Shown: piece by piece, positions 28,947 to 37,888 of the stretch
How the letters are laid out: each line of letters opens with the position of its first letter
Position numbering within the stretch: position 1 is the stretch's first letter
Assembly (NCBI GenBank): GCA_965279375.1
Contig: OZ257156.1
Coordinates: 5,245,735 to 5,309,734 of the forward strand
DNA length: 64,000 nt
Direction of reading: 5' to 3'
DNA from: Gemmatimonas sp.
GTDB lineage: Bacteria > Gemmatimonadota > Gemmatimonadetes > Gemmatimonadales > Gemmatimonadaceae
Notes under the pieces: generated by a model
The model's database searches: none
What the model was told of the DNA's origin: nothing
Seen by the model: only the letters and a program-made list of their open reading frames with translations
Position numbers and translations under genes: made by a program

Positions 28947-31016
28947 TCAGTGTCCGATGGCACCAAAGCGAAAGAGACTCCATGGCCAGACCGGCGCACC
29001 GGGCTCGGTGCCATCGAGATACCACTCGGTGTAGCGACGGTCTGCCGGCGTAGCGGGATCGGCGGGCTTGCCCGTGGCCCGGTCGAGTTCCACACCAACG
29101 ACTCCGGGGGGCGGCGTCCAGGCGCCGCTGCCGCGTGCGCCGTACGCGGACGCGATGATGTGCCCGGCGATCGGGGCGGCGAGTGTACCGCCGACCGCGC
29201 CCGGCGAGATCATGGCCGGCTTGTCGAATCCGATCCAGACGCCGGTGACAAGTTCGGGAGTCATCCCGACGAACCAGACGTCGGCGTTGTCGTTGGTGGT
29301 GCCCGTCTTTCCCGCGACCGCGATCCGTGGCGGCACGATACGACGCAGCGCCGTGGCGGTACCGCGGCTGACGACATCCTGCATCATGTCGCGCATGATG
29401 AACGCGATGCGCGGGTCCATCGCTGCACGCAGCGGCGGCGCGGGCGGCGTGTACGCGGCGCGTCCGGTGCGATCGTCGATGCGCGTGATGAAGCGCGGCT
29501 CGATGGCGACGCCACCATTGTCAAACGTGGCATACGCCGCGACGAAGTCGAGCGGCTGCACGACGGACGCGCCGAGTGCGCTCGATGGATAGGTGGCGAT
29601 CGGTGACCGCAGTCCGGCCCGTCGCGCGAGCGCGATGACCGAGTCCATGCCCACGGCCATCGCGAGTTGCACGGCAACGGGATTGCGCGAGCGGGTCAGC
29701 GCTTCGCGCATCGTGATGCTGCCGAGGAAGCTGTTGTCCGAGTTGTCCGGGCTGTAGTACTGCCCGTTGTCGAGCCGGATGCGGAGCGCGGTGTCGGCCA
29801 CCTGGCTGCTGGCGGTCAACCCTTCGGCGAGTGCTTGCGCATACACGAAGGCCTTGAAGGCCGATCCTGGCTGTCGATTGCCATCGACGGCGCGATTGAA
29901 CGACGAGCGCGCGTAGTCACGGCCGCCGACGAGTGCACGCACATCGCCGGTGGTAGGATCGAGCACGACGGCGGCGCCTTCGAGGCACGCCGATACCTTG
30001 GCCGGTTTGCGAGCGGGCGTCGTGTCGGCGAGTGCGGCCTTCGCGCACTTGGTACCGCGGAATCCGGGACGGTCTTCGATCTCGTCGAGCCCACTCGAGA
30101 CCGACTGCTGCGTGGCGCGCTGCAGTGCCGGATCGATCGTGGTGTGAATGCGATAGCCGCCCTGCATCACCGGCACGCCGGCTCGCTCCGCCTGCACGCG
30201 CACGATGTCGGTCACCCACGGCGCTGGCAACGCGTCGGCGGTGGACGTCTTGACGGGCTCTCGCTGTGCCGCCGCCGATTGCGCGGCGGTGATGTACCCC
30301 TGTTCGGCCATCAGCGCGAGCACCGTGTTGCGGCGCGTGCGGTTGCGATCCGGGTAGCGTGCGGGGTCGTACTGCACGGGGCTCTTGGGCATCGACGCCA
30401 GCGAGGCGGCTTCGGCCAGCGTGAGGTCGGCGGCGCCTTTGCCGAAGAACTGGCGGGCCGCCATCTCGATGCCATACGCGCCACGCCCGAAGCTGATCTG
30501 GTTGAGGAATGCCTCGAGGATCTGCTCCTTGTTGTAGTGCTTCTCCATTTCGCGCGCGGCCTGCTGCTCGCGGAGCTTGCGCACAGGAGACTTGTCGCGA
30601 CGGTCGATCAGATCCGGGTGCATGTTGCCAACCAGGAGCTGCGTGATGGTGCTGGCGCCGCGCAGGTTGCCCTTGGTGACGGCGTCCTTGATGGCGCCGG
30701 CCACGCCCACCAGGTCCACGCCGTCGTGCTGGTAGTAGCGCTTGTCTTCCACGGCGATGAACGCCTGTCCTACGTAGCGCGGGAGCGAGCGGATCGGCAC
30801 GCTGAGGCGCCGTTCCCGTCCCATTTGCCCGATCAGCGAACCATCCCGTCCCAGCACCAGCGTCGCCTGTGCCGGTACGATGATGCGCCACGCCTCCCCA
30901 GTGCTCGGCGCGGGGGGAACGGGGGCGACCTGCGCGCGAAGCGGCAGCGCGGCGAGAGTCGCAACTGCGGCTGCAGCAAGCGCAAGAAAACGGAGTCCGG
31001 ACAGGGAGCGTGGCAT
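28947..31016 (-). CDS. class A penicillin-binding protein (PBP1A family)
   Basis: EDKRYYQHDG, GASTITQ, RKLRE, KEQILEAFLN; transpeptidase motifs SAFK, SRN, KTGT. Confidence 0.95.
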   Translation of the reverse strand: MPRSLSGLRFLALAAAAVATLAALPLRAQVAPVPPAPSTGEAWRIIVPAQATLVLGRDGSLIGQMGRERRLSVPIRSLPRYVGQAFIAVEDKRYYQHDGVDLVGVAGAIKDAVTKGNLRGASTITQLLVGNMHPDLIDRRDKSPVRKLREQQAAREMEKHYNKEQILEAFLNQISFGRGAYGIEMAARQFFGKGAADLTLAEAASLASMPKSPVQYDPARYPDRNRTRRNTVLALMAEQGYITAAQSAAAQREPVKTSTADALPAPWVTDIVRVQAERAGVPVMQGGYRIHTTIDPALQRATQQSVSSGLDEIEDRPGFRGTKCAKAALADTTPARKPAKVSACLEGAAVVLDPTTGDVRALVGGRDYARSSFNRAVDGNRQPGSAFKAFVYAQALAEGLTASSQVADTALRIRLDNGQYYSPDNSDNSFLGSITMREALTRSRNPVAVQLAMAVGMDSVIALARRAGLRSPIATYPSSALGASVVQPLDFVAAYATFDNGGVAIEPRFITRIDDRTGRAAYTPPAPPLRAAMDPRIAFIMRDMMQDVVSRGTATALRRIVPPRIAVAGKTGTTNDNADVWFVGMTPELVTGVWIGFDKPAMISPGAVGGTLAAPIAGHIIASAYGARGSGAWTPPPGVVGVELDRATGKPADPATPADRRYTEWYLDGTEPGAPVWPWSLFRFGAIGH

Positions 31017-31079
31017 CGTGAGGAAAATACATACCCCGCCATCGGTTGATCGGCCGTGGCTCCTGTCACAGCTTGAAGG

Positions 31080-33005
31080 ATGCCCGGTGAACCGATCCGC
31101 CCCCTGACGCTTGCCATCTGCCAGTTCGCCCCGAAAAAGGGCGACACGGCCGCCAACCTCTCCCGCATCGGCGCGCTCTGCGCGCAGGCGGCGACGCTCG
31201 ACCCCAGGCCCCAGGTGGTCCATTTCCCGGAGACGGCGCTGTCTGGCTACTTCGTGGAAGGAGGCGTGCGCGAAGTGGCGGTGACGGCGGGTGCGCTCGC
31301 CTACGACCTGGACGACGCGTATCGCACGGCGTGTGCGGCGTCCGGCATTCACTCGGTGCCGCTCGATCTGGTACTCGGCTTTTACGAACGGTGGCACGAG
31401 ACGCTGCACAACAGCATCGCGTACATCACCATCGGCCTCGATGACGGCCCGCCGATTCTGCGGCATGTGCACCGCAAGAATTTCCTCCCCACCTACGGCC
31501 TCTTCGACGAAGAGCGGTTCGTGGAGCGCGGCTCCGAGATCCGGGCCTTCGAGACGCCGTGGGGGCGCGCCGCACTGTTGGTCTGCGAAGACGCGTGGCA
31601 CTCCGTGGCGGGCACGATTGCCGCGCTCGACGGCGCGCAGGTCGTGTTCGTGTCGTCAGCGGCACCGGCGCGTGGGCTTTGGCCGCGCGACGACGGCATT
31701 CCCGGGCCTTACAGCGCAGCGCGCTGGGAACGGCTGATGCGCGACATCGCCGAAGAGCACGGCATGTACGCGAGCTTGTCCAACCTCGTCGGTACCGAGG
31801 GAGGCAAGCGGTTCTTCGGCTGCTCGATGCTGGTGGGACCGGGCGGTGATGTGCGCGGGCGGGCGCCCGTGTGGGATGAAAGCTTCGTGTCGGTCACGCT
31901 CGATCTCGACGATCTGGTACGTGCGCGCGCCGACGCGCCGTTGCTCAGCGATTTGCGCGTGTCGCTGCCGCATCTGCTGGACAATGTGAAGCGCGTGCAG
32001 GATGGCGCCCCGACGCCGTTGCTGTACGATGGTGCCGAGCCTGCGGCGGCCGACCTGCTCCACAGCGGACGCGGCTTCACGACGGGCGAATTTCAGGTGC
32101 CGCCTGAGGCGCTGTCTATTGCCAATGCGATGGCGCGGCGCGTTCCCGATGCGCTCCCGGTCATTCGCCACGGGCTGCGCGACCACGGTGGGCCACCGCC
32201 GCTCACGATCGACGCGGCGATGGCCGAGTACTGGCTGTGCGGATTTCTGCGTGAGGAGATGACGCGTCGCGGGTTTGGACGTGCGGTGATTGGCTTGTCG
32301 GGTGGCGTGGACTCCGCCGTTACGGCATTTCTGGCGGCGAAGGCACTGGGCGCGCAGAACGTGGTGGGTGTGCGATTGCCGTATCGCACGTCGAGCGCGG
32401 AGTCGCTGGACCACGCGCAGCTGGTGATCGATGCACTCGGGATCGAGTCGCGCACGATGGACATCTCGGGCGCGGTGGATGGCTATCTGGCCAACGAGCC
32501 CGAAGCCGATGGCGGCCGTCGCGGCAACGTGATGGCGCGCACGCGCATGATCGCGCTCTTCGATCTCTCCGCCAAGTATCACGCGCTGCCGTTGGGGACG
32601 GGCAACAAGACGGAGCGCTTGTTCGGATACTTCACGTGGCACGCGGACGATTCGCCGCCGGTGAATCCGATTGGCGATTTGTACAAGACGCAGGTGTGGG
32701 AGCTCGCGCGTCATCTCGGTGTGCCCGAGGTGATCATCAACAAGCCCGCAACGGCCGACCTCATTGTGGGGCAGACGGACGAAGCGGATTTGGGGATCAG
32801 CTACGCGCGCGCTGACGACATCCTCAACGGACTGCTGCACGGCTTCTCTCATGAAGCGATGCGGTCGCGTGGATTCCAGCCGGAAGAGTTGGCGCTGGTG
32901 CAACGCCGGTTGAGTGGCACCCATTGGAAGCGACGTCCGCCGTCGACGGCCATGGTGAGCAGCTCGGGGATCGGCGAATCGTATCTGCGGCCGGTGGACT
33001 ACTGA
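31080..33005 (+). CDS. nadE: glutamine-dependent NAD+ synthetase (nitrilase-like glutaminase fused to synthetase)
   Basis: Glu-Lys-Cys triad (FPETAL, HRKNFLPTY, VCEDAW); GLSGGVDS, GTGNKTE, PIGDLYKTQV. Confidence 0.95.
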   Translation: MPGEPIRPLTLAICQFAPKKGDTAANLSRIGALCAQAATLDPRPQVVHFPETALSGYFVEGGVREVAVTAGALAYDLDDAYRTACAASGIHSVPLDLVLGFYERWHETLHNSIAYITIGLDDGPPILRHVHRKNFLPTYGLFDEERFVERGSEIRAFETPWGRAALLVCEDAWHSVAGTIAALDGAQVVFVSSAAPARGLWPRDDGIPGPYSAARWERLMRDIAEEHGMYASLSNLVGTEGGKRFFGCSMLVGPGGDVRGRAPVWDESFVSVTLDLDDLVRARADAPLLSDLRVSLPHLLDNVKRVQDGAPTPLLYDGAEPAAADLLHSGRGFTTGEFQVPPEALSIANAMARRVPDALPVIRHGLRDHGGPPPLTIDAAMAEYWLCGFLREEMTRRGFGRAVIGLSGGVDSAVTAFLAAKALGAQNVVGVRLPYRTSSAESLDHAQLVIDALGIESRTMDISGAVDGYLANEPEADGGRRGNVMARTRMIALFDLSAKYHALPLGTGNKTERLFGYFTWHADDSPPVNPIGDLYKTQVWELARHLGVPEVIINKPATADLIVGQTDEADLGISYARADDILNGLLHGFSHEAMRSRGFQPEELALVQRRLSGTHWKRRPPSTAMVSSSGIGESYLRPVDY

Positions 33006-33019
33006 GCGACTCCGCCGTG

Positions 33020-33619
33020 GTGCAGGAGTTCCAGCTGTACCTGCAGCTCGGCTTTCGGCATATCGCCGACCTCACCGGCTACGACCACATCCTGTTCGTC
33101 GCCGCACTCGCCATTCCGTTCGCACCGCGCGACTGGCGGCGACTGGCGTGGCTGGTGACGGCGTTCACCATCGGGCACAGCATCACGTTGGCGCTGGCAA
33201 CGCTGCAGCTCGTGAGCGTCTCCTCTGCGCTGGTGGAAACGCTGATTCCCGCGACAATCATCGCGACCGCGGCGCTGGCCGTCGTGGATATGCGTCGCGC
33301 GTCTGCGAACGCGAACGATCGCGCGCTGGGCGCGGTACGCTATGCGATGGCGGCCGCGTTCGGCCTCATCCACGGGCTCGGCTTCTCGACGTATCTGCGC
33401 GCGTTGCTGGGGGCGGAAGAGAGCATCGCGCTGCCGCTGTTCGCGTTCAACGTGGGGCTGGAGCTGGGGCAGCTGTGCATCCTGCTGTGCGTGTTGGCGA
33501 TAGGCGCCCTCGTTGTCCGACTTGGCGTGCCCCGGGATCGTTGGTCACTCCTGTTGGCTGGCGTGACGGGCGGCCTCGCGGTGATGTTGCTGATACAGCG
33601 GCTTGGCGCCGCGACGTAG
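33020..33619 (+). CDS. HupE/UreJ family membrane protein
   Basis: GFRHI..GYDHILF, TAFTIGHSITL, FGLIHGLGF, FNVGLELGQ. Confidence 0.9.
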   Translation: MQEFQLYLQLGFRHIADLTGYDHILFVAALAIPFAPRDWRRLAWLVTAFTIGHSITLALATLQLVSVSSALVETLIPATIIATAALAVVDMRRASANANDRALGAVRYAMAAAFGLIHGLGFSTYLRALLGAEESIALPLFAFNVGLELGQLCILLCVLAIGALVVRLGVPRDRWSLLLAGVTGGLAVMLLIQRLGAAT

Positions 33620-33675
33620 CGTGCTGCCGCAGCTGCGGCGGCGCGTGTAGGAGTCCGTCTCTTACCCGCTTCTCC

Positions 33676-35772
33676 ATGTCCTCGATTTCTTTGGACCGTC
33701 GGACGATTGGCCGAGCCGCTTGCACCGCGCTGGCCATCCTGGCGGTGCCGTGGCAGGTCGCGTCCGCACAGCAGTGGCTCAACGCGGAGCCTAACCCTCG
33801 CACGAACAAGTCATCGTTCCGCGCACTGGATGAATGGCCCTCGCCGAATGATTTCCGCGATGCATCGGGATCACCGGGTCCGCGCTACTGGCAACAGCGC
33901 GTGGACTACGTGATTCGCGCAACGCTCGACACGGTGTCGCACGGCATCACCGGCACCGAGCGCGTGACGTATCGCAACAACTCGCCCAATACGTTGACGT
34001 ATCTGTGGTTTCAGCTCGACCAGAACATCGAAGACAAGACGAGTCGCGCCAACTTGAGCAAGGACGCGCTGCCTGCGACGATCTCTCCTCAGGCGCGCCG
34101 GTTTCTCGTGCCGGAGAAGGACGAATTCGGCGGCTATGACATCAAGCGCGTGGCGACTGTTTCACTCAAGGGCGGCAGCAAGGCTGCGCGCTATCTCGTG
34201 AACGGCACGCAGATGCGCGTGGAGCTCGAGACGCCGCTGCCATCGGGTGCGTCCACACAGCTCGACATTGATTGGTCGTTCGTGGTGCCCGAGGCGGGTA
34301 ACAACGATCGCGGCGTGCGCGAGCAGGTGAAGGACGGCTGGATCTACGAAGTGGCGCAGTGGTTTCCGCGCGCGGCCGTGTACGACGACGTGAATGGCTG
34401 GCAGAACGATCAGTTCCTCGGCCAAGGCGAGTTCTATCTCGAGTTCGGCAACTACGACGTGAGCCTGACGGTGCCGCGCGACCACATCGTGCGCGCGACT
34501 GGTGCGCTCAAGAATCCGCTGGAAGTACTCACCGCCGCACAGCGCGCGCGACTGGCCACAGCGATTGCCAGCGACACGCCGGTGTTCATCGTCAAGCCAA
34601 GTGAAGTACAGACCGCAGCCAATCGTCCGGCGGGAAGCGGTGCGCTGACGTGGCGCTTCACGGCGGAGAACGTGCGCGACTTCGCGTGGGCCTCGTCCAA
34701 GACGTTCGTGTGGGACGCGGCGGGCTTCAAGTACGCGCCCACCAGCAAGGCGATCGAGCTGCACTCGGTATATCCGCGCGAAGCGATGCCCCTCTGGAAC
34801 ACAGTCTCCACCAAGGCGATCGCGCAGACGATGCGCACGTACGGCCGGTTGGCGTTCGAGTATCCGTATCCGCAGGCGTCCAACGTGAACGGCTCGGTGG
34901 GCGGGATGGAATACCCGATGATCGCGTTCTGCGGCGGTCGCCCATCACCCGACGGCACCTACAACAAGCGGCAGGAGTATGCGCTGGCCAGCGTGACCAT
35001 TCACGAAGTCGGGCACAACTGGTTCCCGATGATCGTAGCGACGGACGAGCGCAAATGGACGTGGATGGACGAGGGACTCAACTCGTTCCTCGAGTACTAC
35101 GGTTCGCTCGACTACGACAAGGAGTGGCCCAAGGGGATCCTGCGCGGTCCGTCGCCCAACATCGTCGGCTACATGAAGGACATGGATCAGGTGCCGCTCA
35201 TGACCGAGTCGGACTACATCCATCGACAGTTCGGCAACAACGGCTACAGCAAGCCGTCGGCAGGACTGGTGATGCTGCGCGAGAAGATCCTGGGCCCCGA
35301 GCGATTCGATCTCGCATTCCGCGAATACTCGAAGAAGTGGATGTTCAAGCATCCACAGCCGGCCGATCTCTTCCGAACACTGGCCAGCGGCGCCGGTGAG
35401 CAGCTCGACTACTTCTGGCGTGGCTGGTTCTACACCACGTACAACAACGATCAGGCGCTCACCAAGGTCGAGACGCAGGATGCGACGGTGTTGGCTGGCA
35501 ACACGAATCGCGGCCGCTACTACCATCGCTTCACGATCGAGAATCGCGGCGGGTTGGTGCTCCCCATCGAAGTCGAAGTGGAGTACGCGGACGGCAGCAA
35601 GGAGCGCATTCGCCTGCCCGCCGAAGCGTGGCGACGCAATGAGAAGCTGCACACGCACGGCTTCTTCTCCGACAAGGAGATCACGGGCGTGACGCTCGAT
35701 CCCGATCAGGGCTACGCCGACGTCGATCGCACGAACAACACGTGGAAGAAGCCGGTCAAGCCGATCTCGTGA
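33676..35772 (+). CDS. secreted M1 family metallopeptidase
   Basis: signal peptide; YWQQRVDY, GGMEYP, HEVGH, WMDEG. Confidence 0.93.
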   Translation: MSSISLDRRTIGRAACTALAILAVPWQVASAQQWLNAEPNPRTNKSSFRALDEWPSPNDFRDASGSPGPRYWQQRVDYVIRATLDTVSHGITGTERVTYRNNSPNTLTYLWFQLDQNIEDKTSRANLSKDALPATISPQARRFLVPEKDEFGGYDIKRVATVSLKGGSKAARYLVNGTQMRVELETPLPSGASTQLDIDWSFVVPEAGNNDRGVREQVKDGWIYEVAQWFPRAAVYDDVNGWQNDQFLGQGEFYLEFGNYDVSLTVPRDHIVRATGALKNPLEVLTAAQRARLATAIASDTPVFIVKPSEVQTAANRPAGSGALTWRFTAENVRDFAWASSKTFVWDAAGFKYAPTSKAIELHSVYPREAMPLWNTVSTKAIAQTMRTYGRLAFEYPYPQASNVNGSVGGMEYPMIAFCGGRPSPDGTYNKRQEYALASVTIHEVGHNWFPMIVATDERKWTWMDEGLNSFLEYYGSLDYDKEWPKGILRGPSPNIVGYMKDMDQVPLMTESDYIHRQFGNNGYSKPSAGLVMLREKILGPERFDLAFREYSKKWMFKHPQPADLFRTLASGAGEQLDYFWRGWFYTTYNNDQALTKVETQDATVLAGNTNRGRYYHRFTIENRGGLVLPIEVEVEYADGSKERIRLPAEAWRRNEKLHTHGFFSDKEITGVTLDPDQGYADVDRTNNTWKKPVKPIS

Positions 35773-36287
35773 GGATAGTCCTGGCCTTGATGCTTGCGAT
35801 CGCCGCGCGCACCGGCCCATCGGGGACGCCGATGCGTCACGACATTCACGTCACGCAGTCCCGTGTGGTGATCGAGAACGGCGCGGTGGTGTGGCGCGTG
35901 CGCTGCTTCGCCGACGATCTGGAGAAATCGCTGCGCGCATTCGCGCGACGCCCGACGTTCGCGCTCGAGTCGGACGGTGCTGCCGACTCGCTGGCGACGG
36001 CGTATTTCAACGCCAAGGTGCTGGTCGACGCCGATGGCAAGCGGCTGACCGCGCGGCTGCTGCAGAGCAGTCGCGAGCGCGATCCAACGGGAGGCGCCGT
36101 GCAGATCTACGTGCTGCAATTGAGTGCGACGTCACAGCCCAAGGCATTGACCGTGCGCAATGCGCTCATGTTCGAGCAATTCCCGACCGAACAGAATCTC
36201 GTCGTGTTGCTGGCCATGCCCGGCGAGCGGCGACGCTCGCTCTACTTCGCCGCATCGGACGACGTCGCGCAGACGGTGACGTTCTAG
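35769..36287 (+). CDS. DUF6702-like exported protein
   Basis: GTGA overlap with the M1 stop; signal-like N-terminus, HDIHVT, FADDLE, NALMFEQFPTEQN. Confidence 0.75.
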   Translation: MRIVLALMLAIAARTGPSGTPMRHDIHVTQSRVVIENGAVVWRVRCFADDLEKSLRAFARRPTFALESDGAADSLATAYFNAKVLVDADGKRLTARLLQSSRERDPTGGAVQIYVLQLSATSQPKALTVRNALMFEQFPTEQNLVVLLAMPGERRRSLYFAASDDVAQTVTF

Positions 36288-36312
36288 TCACCGTCTGCAC
36301 CTATCGCACGGA

Positions 36313-37176
36313 TCAATTGACCGTGAACTGCTTGAGCATGCCGTGCGCGATGTGCGGCTTGCCGTCCTTCGCATCAGGCAGGAAGCAGAGCAGCCCATAC
36401 TCGCCCGGTGTGAGATCGACGGGGAGATACACCTCACCGCCCTTCGGCATACCGGAGATGCCACCGATCGGCTTGCCCGGCGGCGGCCCCTGCGGGTTTT
36501 CTGCCCACGCGGCCATTTCCGCGACCGTCTTTCCTGGTGCCAACTGAGCAATGAACATCTCGTGCGACTGCTCGGCGCTGTTGGTCAACTTGATGACGTG
36601 CTTACCCGCCGTGATTGCAGGTGTCACCTCCCATGCGTAGTCGGTCATGCCCACGGTGATGTCTGCCGTTGGAAGCGGCGCAGTTGCGCCGGTCGCCGGC
36701 ACCACGGTCAGCGCACGCAGCATCCCCTTCATCGCGTGCGGGACGTGGTCGGCGCTCGGGATCATGCAAATGATGACGTAGTTGCCCGGCTCGAGCTGCT
36801 GGGTGAGCGACTGCTCGCCGCCAGGAATCGGAGAGTTAGGTCCGGCGACGTCATGAATCCACGGCGGTGGCGGTGAGCCGGGCTTCATCTGCTTGAGCCC
36901 CTCGGTGAGATCCGCAACTGTCTTGCCGTCGTCGAGGCGCATCAGCTGCACATGATGCAGCTCCGGACCCTGATTGACCAACTTGAGCGTGACCACACCC
37001 GCCGAGATGGTGTCCGGGGCATCGTACGCAAAATCCTTGGCGGTAATCGTGACTACCGTCGGTTCGACGGACGTCGCCACGGGTGCCGCCGCCGTGGTAT
37101 CCGCCGGCTTGGCCGCGTCGCCCGCGCACGCACTCAGGGCGCCGACGGCGGCCGCCAGCACAACAACTCCGCGCAT
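36313..37176 (-). CDS. lipoprotein with two cupredoxin-like repeats
   Basis: lipobox LSAC; two repeats each with N-x4-H and C-x7/9-H-x3-GM (CMIPSADHVPHAMKGM; CFLPDAKDGKPHIAHGM). Confidence 0.8.
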   Translation of the reverse strand: MRGVVVLAAAVGALSACAGDAAKPADTTAAAPVATSVEPTVVTITAKDFAYDAPDTISAGVVTLKLVNQGPELHHVQLMRLDDGKTVADLTEGLKQMKPGSPPPPWIHDVAGPNSPIPGGEQSLTQQLEPGNYVIICMIPSADHVPHAMKGMLRALTVVPATGATAPLPTADITVGMTDYAWEVTPAITAGKHVIKLTNSAEQSHEMFIAQLAPGKTVAEMAAWAENPQGPPPGKPIGGISGMPKGGEVYLPVDLTPGEYGLLCFLPDAKDGKPHIAHGMLKQFTVN

Positions 37177-37385
37177 AGGAAACTCCAGTCGATGTGTTCA
37201 GTCCCGGCCCATTCGTCGCCGGAGAAGTCGCATGACGCTGTCGCCTTTTGCGTGCTTCGGCAAGAGCGCCGCCGGCACCCCAGTCCAACGGGCGCTCGCC
37301 GCGCGACGATTATGTCCGCATGTTCATTCGTGGCACCGCGCGGCCGAGTTGTCGCGCGTGTAAACAATTCCTCCCAACACTCGAC

Positions 37386-37838
37386 ATGAATCACAGCATC
37401 CCCGCCAGACCATCGGCTCGCGCCGGCCGCGTCGCCGCGACCGGTCTTCTGGCCCTGCTTGCATCCTGCACGCAGCCAGCGCCGGAGAATAAACCGTCTG
37501 CTGACGCCCAGGCGCGCCAGATGCCGACGCTCGAGGCGCCCTACGTCGGCGCGCCGGACGAAGCGTTCTTTGAATGCATTCACCTCAGCATTTCCGAATG
37601 GCGCTGCCCCGAGACGTCCACCGACGCGGCGTTCAGCGCGTCCAGCATCACGTCGGCGACGGTGACCTACACCCTCAAGGACGGGCGCAAGATCACGCGC
37701 GCAGTGTCGCCGGAAGCCGACGCGATCTTTCTCACGCGCGGCGCAGCGCGGACGTTTCTGCTGCGCTACTACAAGGCAACCGCGCCGGACAAGGCCGCGG
37801 CGCTGGAGCAGCGCCTGCAGCAGGCCACCGCGAAGTAG
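37386..37838 (+). CDS. hypothetical lipoprotein
   Basis: Arg-rich n-region, LLALLASC lipobox; two additional Cys. Confidence 0.65.
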   Translation: MNHSIPARPSARAGRVAATGLLALLASCTQPAPENKPSADAQARQMPTLEAPYVGAPDEAFFECIHLSISEWRCPETSTDAAFSASSITSATVTYTLKDGRKITRAVSPEADAIFLTRGAARTFLLRYYKATAPDKAAALEQRLQQATAK

Positions 37839-37888
37839 CGATCGGCGAAACGCCGACCGCACAGCGGGTGGCGGCTCAGCGACTCGCG

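Noticed and set aside
31017..31601. 195-aa N-terminal extension of the PBP ORF, and similar over-long ORF starts at 33148, 23768 and 32924
   Set aside because: These overlap the neighbouring real genes; downstream starts give proper signal/anchor sequences or domain boundaries.
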